Assembly (NCBI GenBank): GCA_002269645.1
Contig: NIVC01000431.1
Coordinates: forward strand, 1 to 54,266
Direction: 5' to 3'
Source: Macrostomum lignano
Taxonomy: Eukaryota
Length of the DNA: 54,266 nt
Part shown: positions 22,101 through 33,600 of the stretch, one piece after another
How the letters are laid out: each line of letters starts with the position of its first letter
How positions within the stretch are numbered: the first letter of the stretch is position 1
Program-made: the position numbers and the translations under genes
The notes under the pieces: generated by a model
The model's input: only the letters and a program-made list of their open reading frames with translations
Database searches by the model: none
What the model was told of the DNA's origin: nothing

Positions 22101-22786
22101 AGCTGGGCGGCTCCCGTTGACTGTTTGAAGGCGGTCTCGTACGCGACCTGAGCTCGAGACTTGAGCTGGTCGGTGAGTCGCTGAGCCTCTAGAATCACCG
22201 GGGCTGCCTCAGAGCGAATCTGGTCGCCGAGACCGGCCATGAAGGCGTCCACCTTGCCCAGTAGGCGGTCCACGCTGCTCGACAGGCTGTCCTCCTTGTG
22301 CCCGTCAGACCCAGCTGTCAGGCTGTAGTGCAACCGGAAGTTCGCAGCCGAGGCCAAGATCAGCGGAATGAGAGTGACAATCAGCAGCAGCAGGCAGAGC
22401 ACAGCCAGACTGCAGGACACGGACTTGGTCCGTCCCGACTCCCGAATCTGCCTCCGGCGCAGTGCCGACATCGACGCGTACGATCCCGGCCTGCTGCGCT
22501 CCTCCCTGTCGCGTCGGACAGTCCGCCAGGCGCAGCCGAAGATGCACAGACCGAACAGCAGCATTAGAAGCGAGCTGACGCCCGCCAGGATCAGCATTGC
22601 CAGGCTGCCTCCGGCGAATACGCGGCCTGGCAGGTCAGCCAGTAGGGCATCGAGCGCGGCTGCTGTTCCATTGTTCGTCAGCGTCTGCAGCAGGCGTTGC
22701 TCGCCAATCAGACGGAACAGACCGCCGTCGAAGGGCCGACCGCTGTTGAATAAAGCGATGGCAGATTCGTGGACTGCGGTCTCCAT
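19133..22786 (-). CDS. prom: Prominin-like five-transmembrane glycoprotein (~892 aa)
   Basis: Exons 22786-20597 and 19621-19133 (phase 0, GT-AG). Five hydrophobic segments in the prominin 2+2+1 arrangement, two large loops with N-X-S/T sites, Cys after TM1 (GLCIFGCAW), EACRYL after TM4, and RCGSLHQIY...PCSLLLQPL before TM5. The N-terminus may be incomplete. Confidence 0.75.
19710..20530. repeat. Intronic minisatellite, ~20-bp unit GAGGACCCGATGGAATGCT
   Basis: Fills the single prominin intron. Confidence 0.95.
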
Positions 22787-23205
22787 CTGTGTTTAGCAAT
22801 TAGATTTGTATCTAAAAGCCAGGCTAAAGTTTAGTAGGTTTTTTCTTTTTAAGATAGAGACGTGCATCTAGGAGGACTTACACGACATCTTTAGTCTGTT
22901 TTCTGCATTCTAATTACAGCCCTAGCGCCAGCCTCTGTCTATCTCTGACCCTCCCCTCCCCGTTGTGTGCGCGTAGACCTTATAATGCACGGAGTCGAAG
23001 GGTTAAGGCTAATGAGAAATATTCATATAATATCACGCCAGGTTTTAATAAGGCATGCCATGCCATATACGGCCAGTGCATTTGCAACGCCCTCGTGATG
23101 AGGAGGGGCGGCACAAGAATTCCCCTTTGGCGCATTCGAACGCACAGTCACACTTGTCTGTCCGACCCCCTCCACCACCCGCTGTTCTCGACAGAGAAGA
23201 GCGCG

Positions 23206-23206
<1 letters not shown>

Positions 23207-23247
<41 letters not shown>
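23207..23247. repeat. (TG)n microsatellite
   Basis: About 20 TG units. Confidence 0.97.
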
Positions 23248-23248
<1 letters not shown>

Positions 23249-23882
23249 TGCGTGTGTGCATTGAGCTGTCTTAGCTAGTAATGTGCTTTATCTCTTTCTC
23301 AACCCTCTCAGATAGTCTACGAGGGTAATACCTCGTGTATAGAGGAACAAACTCGAATTATAACTTGTTAACAAACTCAATTAGTTTCTTTCGAACCTCT
23401 CGGAGATTTATAGGTTATTAAATAATAAATGACGCACGCTTTCTAGGGGGGGGGTTAAAATTAACTTTTTACCTTTTACCCTAGAAATAAAAACCGCCCC
23501 CGATACCGGAAGGACTCGTTGACCTCCAAAATTACCACTAGCACCTGACGCATACTGGAATTCAGAAATTGCTTGAGCCAGCAAAATATTATTTGCTTAA
23601 CTTTCCCACGCACTTTCCCGCTCATAAAGCAGGTGTTGCATGACCACCTTCTCGTAGTTAAATATCCGGTATGTAGCACCAAAATGAAAAACTTTTACTT
23701 TCAACTCAGTCACGCAACGCAATGGCAGCTACAATATCCTTTATTAACTCGGACACAGTGTTACAGTATAAATACACCACTGTATTTGACCGCAAAACGT
23801 TATCAATTTCAGGAAAGTTCGAGCTGCCTAACGCGTCTTGATTCGATCTGGATTTTAATTGACTGTAAGTTGGGAGCGTACA

Positions 23883-24430
23883 GGGGGGTGTTTCTCGAAA
23901 CTCACGTAAGTTCTATGGTAAGTTAGATCGTAAGAAAGAAATTTACGTGTAGCGTAAGTTTGCTCGTAAGACGCTCAAAACTCCTCAAAACTTCTCAAAA
24001 CTCACTTAGACTTTGCGTGGCTTACGCTGTTCGTAAGTCGTATCTGAAACGAAAAGTTGCATGTCTATGGTCATAAATCTGTAAATATCTTTACTTTGTC
24101 TATCGTAAGTTGCTTTCGAGAAAGACCCACCTTCGATAAAGTTTAACTTGACTTGGCTTGACTAAAGCTTCACGTACTATGCGATTAGTGTTTAAGTGCG
24201 TCTTACGACTGATACCGAGCAGTCGTAGGGTTAAGATCAACCTTACGAAAGACCATAGACATACGAACGTTTCGAGAAACAGTCTTTTGCGCAAAGTTAC
24301 GAACTCGTAAAGTTGCGATCAATCTTACGCATAGCTAGAGTACTTGCGAGCCCTTCGAGCAACCCGTAAGTGTAGCTTACCCAACTTACGTCTATGGTCG
24401 ATCGTAAGTTGCTTTCGAGAAAGACCCCCC
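23883..24430. mobile_element. Non-autonomous TIR element, Harbinger/PIF-like MITE
   Basis: Left end GGGGGGTGTTTCTCGAAA; right end TTTCGAGAAAGACCCCCC (reverse complement GGGGGGTCTTTCTCGAAA). Many internal CGTAAG/CTTACG motifs. No clear TSD. Confidence 0.6.
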
Positions 24431-24469
24431 AAAACTTTAGGGCGAATTTTGTAGGAATTTTCAGTCCCT

Positions 24470-25262
24470 ATCCAGGAGTTCTCAGTGTCCCTATCCAGGA
24501 GTTGTCAGTGTCTCTATCCAGGTGTTGTCAGTTTCTCTATCCAGGTGTTGTCAGTGTCTCTATCCAGGTGTTGTCAGTGTCTATCCAGGTGTTGTCAGTG
24601 TCTCTTACCAGGGGTTGTCAGTGTCTCTATCCAGGTGTTGTCAGTGTCTCTATCCAGGTGTTGTCAGTGTCTCTATCCAGGTGTTGTCAGTGTCTCTATC
24701 CAGGTGTTGTCAGTGTCTCTATCCAGGTGTTGTCAGTGTCTCTATCCAGGTGTTGTCAGTTTCTCTATCCAGGTGTTGTCAGTGTCTCTATCCAGGTGTT
24801 GTCAGTGTCTCTATCCAGGTGTTGTCAGTGTCTCTATCCAGGTGTTTTCAGTGTCTCTATCCAGGTGTTGTCAGTGTCTCTATCCAGGTGTTGTCAGTGT
24901 CTCTATCCAGGTGTTGTCAGTGTCTCTATCCAGGTGTTGTCAATGTCTCTATCCAGGTGTTGTCAGTGTCTCTATCCAGGTGTTGTCAGTGTCTCTATCC
25001 AGGTGTTGTCAGTGTCTCTATCCAGGTGTTGTCAGTGTCTCTATCCAGGTGTTGTCAGTGTCTCTATCCAGGTGTTGTCAGTGTCTCTATCCAGGTGTTG
25101 TCAGTGTCTCTATCCAGGTGTTTTCAGTGTCTCTATCCAGGTGTTGTCAGTGTCCCTATCCAGGTGTTTTCAGTGTCTCTATCCAGGTGTTTTCAGTGTC
25201 TCTATCCAGGTGTTGTCAGTGTCTCTATCCAGGTGTTGTCAGTGTCCCTATCCAGGTGTTGA
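24470..25262. repeat. Minisatellite, 23-bp unit ATCCAGGTGTTGTCAGTGTCTCT
   Basis: More than 30 homogeneous units; all three + frames are open as an artefact. Confidence 0.97.
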
Positions 25263-25426
25263 CTTTAAATCTAACAGGATGTTGTCAATCCCTGTAGCAA
25301 GACGTTCCTTTGTCCTGGTTACGTTTCATAAGTCCCCCTGCAACTGGTGCTGTCAGGGCCTTTCTGTATATCAGTATGTTGTTTAAAAAACCTTACAGGC
25401 TTAATAAAGGACTCAACTCAAACGAA

Positions 25427-26897
25427 ATGGCGCTCCGGCCAACACTAGCTTTGCTCCTAGCCCTGTCATCCGTGCTCACTCTAACAACCGCTGTACCCAG
25501 CGACTGGATTGAGTACACTCCGGGCACGTGCAATATCGTCATCTCCTCGCCGCATGGCGGCTCCAAGCGGGTGTCCGAAATCCCGGACGACCGAACCGAC
25601 GGCTGCTTGGACGGTGGCAACGTCTGCCGATGGGAGAAAGGCTGCAGCCCGGCCGATGGCAGCAAGTGCAGGGCGAGCACCTTCAGGGACTCCTACACTC
25701 AAGAGGCAGGTTACCTGTGGCTAATGGTCAGGAAGGATGCTAAAGGATACTACGAGCTATGCTCATATTTCGAAGGACTTTAGAGTTCTGCATACAGAAA
25801 CTTTTTCAAGTACCTTCGTGAAAATCAAGCGTTTAAAATACACGACGGCATTCCACTGCAGATTGCGGCCATGGTTGTGCAGCACCTTAGCGATACCTAC
25901 GGTTGCCAGCCACACTTTGTCCGGTCCAACGTGCACCGTAGCAAGATGGACCCCAATAGGGAGCCGGCCGAGGGCACACAGGGAGACCCTGTCGCTCTGG
26001 AGGCCTGGCAGAAGTACCACGACGAGTACATGTCATCGGCGGTGGCCGCCATTCGATCCCAGTGGGTCAAAGGTCTGGTCTTCGACATCCACGGCCAGAC
26101 GCATGCTGAGCAGTGGACTGAGCTGGGATACCTGTGCGTTGCATTGTTGCTTTTAGACACTTTTATTTAGACTCACATCCACTGAGAATGCAGTGTGTGT
26201 CTCTAGACATGCACTAACATCCACTGAGAATGCAGTGTGTCTCTAGACATGCACTAACATCCACTGAGAATGCAGTGTGTACATCTAGACATGCACTAAC
26301 ATCCACTGAGAATGCAGTGTGTGTCTCTAGACATGCACTATAACATCCACTGAGAATGCAATGTGTGTCTCTAGACATGCACTAACATCCACTGAGAATG
26401 CAGTGTGTGTCTCTAGACATGCACTATAACATCCACTGAGAATGCAATGTGTGTCTCTAGACATGCGCAAACATCCCCTGAGAATGCCCAACACTGAATT
26501 CTCAATCAACCATTGGCGCAGAGTCTCCGGCTACAGACTGGACAACACTCCCAGCGACCTCGCTAGCAGCAGCATCCGTGGCCTGTGGAGCCGCAGCGGC
26601 GCTGACTCTGCCGCCACCAGCAGCCTGCTGACCGGAGCCAAGAGCCTCGGTTCTATGCTGGAGAAGCGAGGCCAGAAGGTGGTGCCTGGCCCGACCTACC
26701 CGTCACCGAACGGCGGCAACTATTTCAGCGGCGGCTACATTGTCGAACGGTACGGCTCGCTGGCCTCCGGAGAGGTCGACTCCATCCAGGTGGAAATTCC
26801 GCGGGAAATCCGATTCGACTCTGCCCGAAGGGCCGCCTTCGCCGCCGATCTGGCCGCTTCGATTGACGAGTTTCGAAAGTCGAATGGCTACGCCTGA
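25427..26897 (+). CDS. Secreted N-formylglutamate amidohydrolase-like (zinc peptidase fold) protein, ~308 aa
   Basis: Exons 25427-25705, 25862-26133, 26522-26897 (927 nt). Signal peptide MALRPTLALLLALSSVLTLTTA. Motifs ISSPHGG, RDSYTQE, HRSKMDPNR, GLVFDIHGQ, ELGYL, YFSGGYIVERYG and IQVEIPREIR. Intron 1 needs a GC donor. Confidence 0.8.
26175..26470. repeat. Intronic minisatellite, ~42-bp unit CATCCACTGAGAATGCAGTGTGTGTCTCTAGACATGCACTAA
   Basis: About 7 units in intron 2 of the FGase-like gene. Confidence 0.93.
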
Positions 26898-27180
26898 GAC
26901 CGGATGAGCACGAGTATCTCTTGGCGGTGTTGGAGAACCATGGTGAAGGGATCCAAGAAAGAACTCAAAAAAAATTAAATAGATGATGGGTCAATGTTCC
27001 AGCATATATCCGATCATTTTTCTTTGCTTTATCATTCATATTTTTTAGTCGCGACTGTACTATAACAAAGAGTTTAGAAGAGAAACAGAGCACAGAGTAA
27101 CAGTCACAGCTTGTTACAAAACAATTTAGTGGCAAAAAAAGAGAGCCTGCTGTCTTCTAGAAGAAGCAAAACATAGATTT

Positions 27181-28535
27181 TTAAAACTCAATCTCGCGCA
27201 GCAGTTCCGCTTTGCTTTCAACGATGTCTTTGAGCCATTTCTCACGGAATCTGGTCTCGCCAGGCCGGTGCACGAGCCGGTTGGTCTCGAATACGTAAAA
27301 TACATCCACTAAGTGGTCCTGGTGGGGGAAAATGATAGATCGATAGATTTATTGATTGGTTAGTGGCTTGATTGATTGATTGATAACGGACTGATAGATT
27401 GATTGATTGACTGGTTGATTGATTGATTAATTAATGGACTGATTGATTGATTGATTGACTGATTGACTGATTGACTGATTGACTGATTGACTGACTGACT
27501 GATTGGTTGATTAATTGATTGATTGATGGGTTGATTGGTTGATTAATTGATTAATTGATTGATTGATCGATTGGTTGGTTAACTGACTGACTGACTGACT
27601 GATTAATTGACTGACAGGCAGCTACTCACGGCAGGCTTGATCCTGGACACAGAGAAGGTGAAGTACACGCAGGCGGTGGCCCTGGGCACCGGCTTCCGTC
27701 TAGTCGGCACACTCCAGCGCACCCGGAACCGGTGCCGGTTGTCAAACTCGGCCGCGTCCTCGCCCAGGTAGTCGATGCAAAAAAGCCAGCTGGCGTCGAA
27801 CTCCCAAGTTTCCTGAACGAAAAAAGTCACACTTATAAAAACTGTACGCGCAAAATCAATAAACAAAGAGCGCTGAAAGTTATCGTTCTGTCAGGACGCA
27901 CTATAGTGTTTTATTTGAAGGCCTAATTCGTAGAAAGCTGCACTGGATTTCTTAGAAAAGAGATGTTAGAATTTATGCAACGGTAAATTTGTTGGATCGC
28001 TAGTGCTTTTGGTATGCTTTTTAGAGAACGCATAGTGATAAACTGGGTTCGGCCATAGACAAATCGGTCAAGAGAAATAAAAAATCCAGCTTGATTTCAA
28101 GTTTAACGATCAAGTTTAACGATTTTCTGCTGCAGGTGTTCATGAGGTTGGCCTTCAAAAAAACGTTTTTTCCATTTTAACACGAATGAAACTTTAAGAT
28201 GTCTTTGTCAATCAATTGAATGAATAGCCTCTCAGTTGATTTTTCTCAGTGAGGCTGCTCACCCGAATGAACTGCTCAATCTTGGCCTCGGCCCTGTCCA
28301 CAGAGAATTCGCCAATCCTCAGCCAGTCAATGTCTGGCACCGGCTGCTCCGGGTACTGGCTCAGGTAGGTGCCGCCGCGTTTCTTAATGGCCGAAGCTTC
28401 TCTGGAGAGTCCGGGCACCGTGGCCACGCCTTCAACGGCGTTGTCGGTGACCTCGGCAAGCTGTTGGACGGCGAAATCGATGGCCTGATCAACCAGGTAG
28501 TTCGCCTGGCCCAAATACGCGTCGTCGGCGTCCAT
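27181..28535 (-). CDS. AKAP14: A-kinase anchor protein 14 (AKAP28 family), ~197 aa
   Basis: Exons 28535-28263, 27812-27630, 27318-27181, all phase 0, GT-AG. Motifs TWEFDASWLFCIDYL, RVRWSVPTRRKPVPRATACVYF and VFYVFETNRLVHRPGETRFREKWLKDIVESK. The last exon is missing from the ORF track. Confidence 0.93.
27340..27612. repeat. (GATT/GACT)n microsatellite in AKAP14 intron 2
   Basis: Read directly. Confidence 0.95.
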
Positions 28536-29395
28536 TTTTTAAATTTAATTTTATTGTTTGCGTGCGAACTGCACTACTGGAATTGATAGTTTAAGTAGTG
28601 CAGCGTGAATAATGCGAGTATTTTACGAAAAACACAAAAATTTTTAAGTTGGGTATGCTTTCAACGTTTTGATAAATAAATTCAATAAAATAATATTGTT
28701 TACGAATGCAAAGAAAAACTTTGCTGTTAAAACGTTTTTATTAGCCTTTCAGCTGGTCTAGTGCTAAAAAATTATTTATGATAGAATTGAGATTACTGAT
28801 TGGTTGGAATTTTAATTCGGAGTGTGAGATTCCCAACTGTGACAACATCGATTCTTCGTAGATATGGACAAAGTTTGCGTGTAAAACTTCTGTTATTTTC
28901 GTAAATCAGAAATAAAAAATTCAGCAAATTGTCTTAAGCGTCAAAATCGTAAGCAATATTTTTAAAAGGCTGGACTTCTATAAAAAACGAAATTTCTAAA
29001 ATCATCATGGAAGCCGAATTCTAATAATCAGTTCAGCTCTGTTGGAGCAAAATGTGTTCCATAATATCCATGAAGAGAACATTAACAAAAGAAATTATTG
29101 TCGAAATATGTGACATAAACTGGGGTATTCGAGATCGCTCTCGAGGCTAAATTGTCCAGCAGTGCAAGAATAACAAACTGGCGTCAAGGTCATAGTGCTT
29201 CTGGAAGTGCCGGGAACTACTTGACAGGGAAGCCTTGGAAGCTGAACTTGCAATTGTGCAGTCTTCAATAATAAAATATATCGCATAAATCACTGATTGA
29301 TAGGCAGACTCATAGCTTGATTAATATCCATAATACAAGACTGTAAGCGTAACGCTGTAAAGCGATTTAAAGCGAAAAGTCTACTAGGACAAAAT

Positions 29396-29600
29396 GTTGC
29401 CACCTGGTTGCTAGGGAGTTTTTCCGGGTAACATAAATTAACGATTGATTAGGTTAGAAAAGCGTGGTACTTATTAGCAATTACTACAGACTATTAATAT
29501 GGAGGAGTGGCAAGGTTAACACGCACCGATTACATCGCGTGCAGAGCGTGATTGATGCGGGCCGGTTGCTAGGGGAACTGAAACTGGTTGCTAAGCTAGT
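29396..29600. promoter_or_regulatory. Cluster of RFX-like motifs upstream of AKAP14
   Basis: GTTGCTAGGGGAAC at 29565-29578; half-sites GTTGCC (29396), GTTGCTAGG (29407), GGGTAAC (~29426) and GTTGCTAAG (29587). Confidence 0.55.
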
Positions 29601-29889
29601 AGGGGAAGGCTTTGAAGAATAGAACGGAAGCTGCGCGCCCCTATGTGAATTTGAGCTGGTTGGAGTCGACGAGATTCAGTGCAGCAACTTGAGAACCCGC
29701 AGTTGAAACTGGCCTACACAACTGTGAGCACTCAAAGTCTGTGCAACTATGGCTAGAAAATATAGAAGAAAGGGAACTCAGCTACGTCAGAAATCCCACT
29801 CAAACAGGAATAATGGACCGGATTAGGAAAATCTAGAGTTAACTACAACACGAACAAATCAATTCAAAAGCATGTTTTACAAGCTGTGG

Positions 29890-30455
29890 CAATGGTCTGT
29901 TTTCAGTTCAAACCACAGATCGAAAATGTACATCCAGCACAACCCACCCCATTCTGCAGTCGGTCTGTTTTCAGTTCAAACCACAGATCGAAAATGTACA
30001 TCCAGCACAACCCACCCCATTCTGCAGTCGGTCTGTTTTCAGTTCAAACCACAGATCGATAATGTACATCCAGCACAACCCACCCCATTCTGCAGTCGGT
30101 CTGTCTTCAGTTCAAACCACAGATCGAAAATGTACATCCAGCACAACCCACCCCATTCTGCAGTCGGTCTGTCTTCAGTTCAAACCACAGATCGAAAATG
30201 TACATCCAGCACAACCCACCCCATTCTGCAGTCGGTCTGTCTTCAGTTCAAACCACAGATCGATAATGTACATAAAACACGCCCACCCCATTCTGCAGTC
30301 GGTCTGTCTTCAGTTCAAACCACAGATCGAAAATGTACATCCAGCACAACCCACCCCATTCTGCAGTCGGTCTGTCTTCAGTTCAAACCACAGATCGATG
30401 ATGTACATAAAACACACCCACCCCATTCTGAAGTCGGTCTGTCTTCAGTTCAGTC
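29890..30455. repeat. Tandem repeat, 68-bp unit, about 8 copies
   Basis: GGTCTG recurs at 29894, 29962 and onward. Lies between the AKAP14 upstream region and the CFAP97D2-like stop codon. Confidence 0.95.
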
Positions 30456-30675
30456 CACCCCATTTGAACACATGTCTACGGCAACAAAGAATACTTGAAA
30501 ATTCACAAAAGTTGACAGAAAAGTACAAAGCATCATAAAAAGCAAACACAGATTAAACATAGCGACGTGAATTTCTATGTAAGCAAGAGACAAAACTTCT
30601 CCACTAAGAACTTGACAGTTTTAGTTTAATATCCTTTGTTCAATTGAAAGGCCCAACGTGAAACTCCGGTGTTTC

Positions 30676-33600
30676 TCATTCCTTTTTCTGCTGTTCAGGG
30701 GCATTGTCATCGTCCGCAGATCGCTGCTGCTCCTGCTGCTGTTCCTGCTGACGCTCAGTCGACTGCTTGCCGTCGTCTTTCCGTCGGCCCGACTGGCTCT
30801 CCGAGGACCGAGTCTGCGTCTTCTCCTGACAGAGTGACAGAGTGACAGAGTTAGAGTGACAGGATTGGCTTGCGAATCTTTGGATTTGGGCGAGACTGAC
30901 TAAAATTTGGAATAGATACTTTAATTTGAGATTTTAGATTTCGGCGTGAAAGATTTCAAACTGGGCATCTTGGTGACCTTTAGATGTGACAAATCTTTTT
31001 GTCACAGATTTGGCTGTAACAGACTTGGATGTGTGACAGACGTGGGAGTGTGACAGAATTGGCTGTGACCGATTTAAGAACGTGAGAGACTTAGGTGTGT
31101 GAAAGACTTATTTGCGCGACTGACTTAGGTGTGTGACAGACTTGGGTGTGTGACAGACTTGGGTGTGTGACAGACTTGGGTGTGTGACAGACTTGGGTGT
31201 GTGACAGACTTGGGTGTGTGACAGACTTGGGTGTGTGACAGACTTGGGTGTGTGACTGATTCAAGTTGACGAACCCAGAACAGAACCAGAACTTAATTCT
31301 AAATCGTTACAAAATAACAGAAACATTAAATTTTGATTTTTCTAAACTCATCAATACTGCATGTTATGCTATGCTAATGACAGTATGTAATGTCCAGTAT
31401 GTCAAGTATCTGACTTTCTCTCTCTTAGTTTCACTGCCTACAATAAGAAGCAGTTTGTTTAACTATTATGCAGTTATACTCGTAATGTTTAACTTTGCTG
31501 CTGTCAAGTTCTTCTTGAGCAAATTTTCATGCGACCGGGTATTTTTTACGCATTACGCGTTCAAACAAAGAGACGGAGCAGGAGTTGCTAGTGGCATAGT
31601 AGTTATGAGAGCAGTGGCTTTTGCTGCTATGAGGGAAAATATCTGGTTACCATTGGCAACCATTTTACGCTTATAGAAACTTTATAGTATGCTTGAAGTA
31701 CGATGATGAGCTTTATAGGGAAGCAGTTTGCGATTTTTATGAACCTTTGGGATTTTTATTTGTTTGCCTTTTTCATCTATTTTGTTTGACTGTTCTCTCA
31801 CACTTTGATGTCTCAAGCTCCAAGTCTGTTCCCCTCTGTTACCCTCTGTTCCCCCTCTGTCACCCTCTGCTGCCCTCTGTCACCCCTCTGCTGCCCTCTG
31901 TCCCCCCTCTGCTGCCCTCTGTCCCCCCTCTGCTGCCCTCTGTCCCCCCTCTGCTGCCCTCTGTCCCCCCTCTGCTGCCCTCTGTCACCCTCTGCTGCCC
32001 TCTGTCCCCCTCTGCTGCCCTCTGTTCCCTCTGCTGCCCTCTGTCCCCCCTCTGCTGCCCTCTGTCCCCCTCTGCTGCCCTCTGTCCCCCCTCTGCTGCC
32101 CTCTGTCACCCTCTGCTGCCCTCTGTCACCCTCTGCTGCCCTCTGTCACCCTCTGCTGCCCTCTGTCCCCCCTCTGCTGCCCTCTGCTGCCCTCTGTCCC
32201 CCCTCTGCTGCCCTCTGTCCCCCCTCTGCTGCCCTCTGTCCCCCTCTGCTGCCCTCTGTTCCCTCTGCTGCCCTCTGTCCCCCCTCTGCTGCCCTCTGTC
32301 CCCCCTCTGCTGCCCTCTGTCCCCCTCTGCTGCCCTCTGTCACCCTCTGCTGCCCTCTGTCCCCCTCTGCTGCCCTCTGTCACCCTCTGCTGCCCTCTGT
32401 CACCCTCTGCTGCCCTCTGTCCCCCCTCTGCTGCCCTCTGTCCCCCCTCTGCTGCCCTCTGTCCCCCCTCTGCTGCCCTCTGTCCCCCTCTGCTGCCCTC
32501 TGTCCCCCTCTGCTGCCCTCTGTCCCCCCTCTGCTGCCCTCTGTCCCCCCTCTGCTGCCCTCTGTCCCCCTCTGCTGCCCTCTGTCCCCCTCTGCTGCCC
32601 TCTGTCCCCCCTCTGCTGCCCTCTGTCCCCCCTCTGCTGCCCTCTGCTGCCCTCTGTCCCCCTCTGTCCCCCCTCTGCTGCCCTCTGTCCCCCTCTGCTG
32701 CCCTCTGTCCCCCTCTGCTGCCCTCTGTCCCCCTCTGCTGCCCTCTGTCCCCCTCTGCTGCCCTCTGTCCCCCCTCTGCTGCCCTCTGTCCCCCCTCTGC
32801 TGCCCTCTGCTGCCCTCTGTCCCCCTCTGTCCCCCTCTGCTGCCCTCTGTCCCCCCTCTGCTGCCCTCTGCTGCCCTCTGTCCCCCTCTGTTTCCCTCTG
32901 CTGTCTGTTACCCTCTGTTTCCCTCTGCTGTCTGTTACCCTTAGCTGTTTCCCTCTGCTGTCTGTTACCCTCAGCTGTTTCCTTCTGCTGTCTGTTACCC
33001 TCTGTTTCCTTCTGCTGTCTGTTACCCCCCCTTGTTCCCCTCTCCGCTACCTCTGTTCTGAGTTCTGAAATGAATGTGGAGGCCGCTCACGAAATTGAAC
33101 CAGCTGGTCAAGGAGTCAGGTAGCAACTAGATTGATTAATGATTAAAGTATTATACGAGCTATCTCGTTCACCTTTTCCCACCAGCCCTTGGGGAAGCGG
33201 CTGATGTTGTCCATGTAGCTGAGGTTCATCTGCCAGTCTTTCTTCCAGTCCAGCTCGCTGGGGCCCATGGACTTTTGCAGGATTCGCTCCATCATCGCTT
33301 TGTTCTCGCGCGTCACCCGCAGCAGCTCGCGTTGACGCTTCGATCGGTTCAAGCTGCGGTTGCCATGGGGACGGGATAAAAGGATTGAACAGCTATTGAA
33401 ATTTATTGAGAGCAAACAAATTGTAAAGATTAACAACATGTATGAAGCCTCTTAAATGAGATAGCATGCTCCCAAAATCCCATAACCCCGAGGGCTAAAC
33501 CGATGGACAACATCCATTAAACTAACCTGTCATAAACCGCATTCAAATCCAGCACTGGCTACCGGAGCTATGGCCCTTGAAAATTGGCAGAAATTTGCTT

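Noticed and set aside
24394-25386. Cys-rich 330/270/246-aa ORFs
   Set aside because: The three frames of one 23-bp minisatellite, with identical peptide cycling.
10900-30455. 30-68-bp tandem arrays as CRISPR arrays
   Set aside because: Units are contiguous without unique spacers, no cas genes are present, and the context is eukaryotic.
31693-33123. 476- and 379-aa Pro/Leu/Cys ORFs
   Set aside because: Pyrimidine minisatellite inside a CFAP97D2-like intron.
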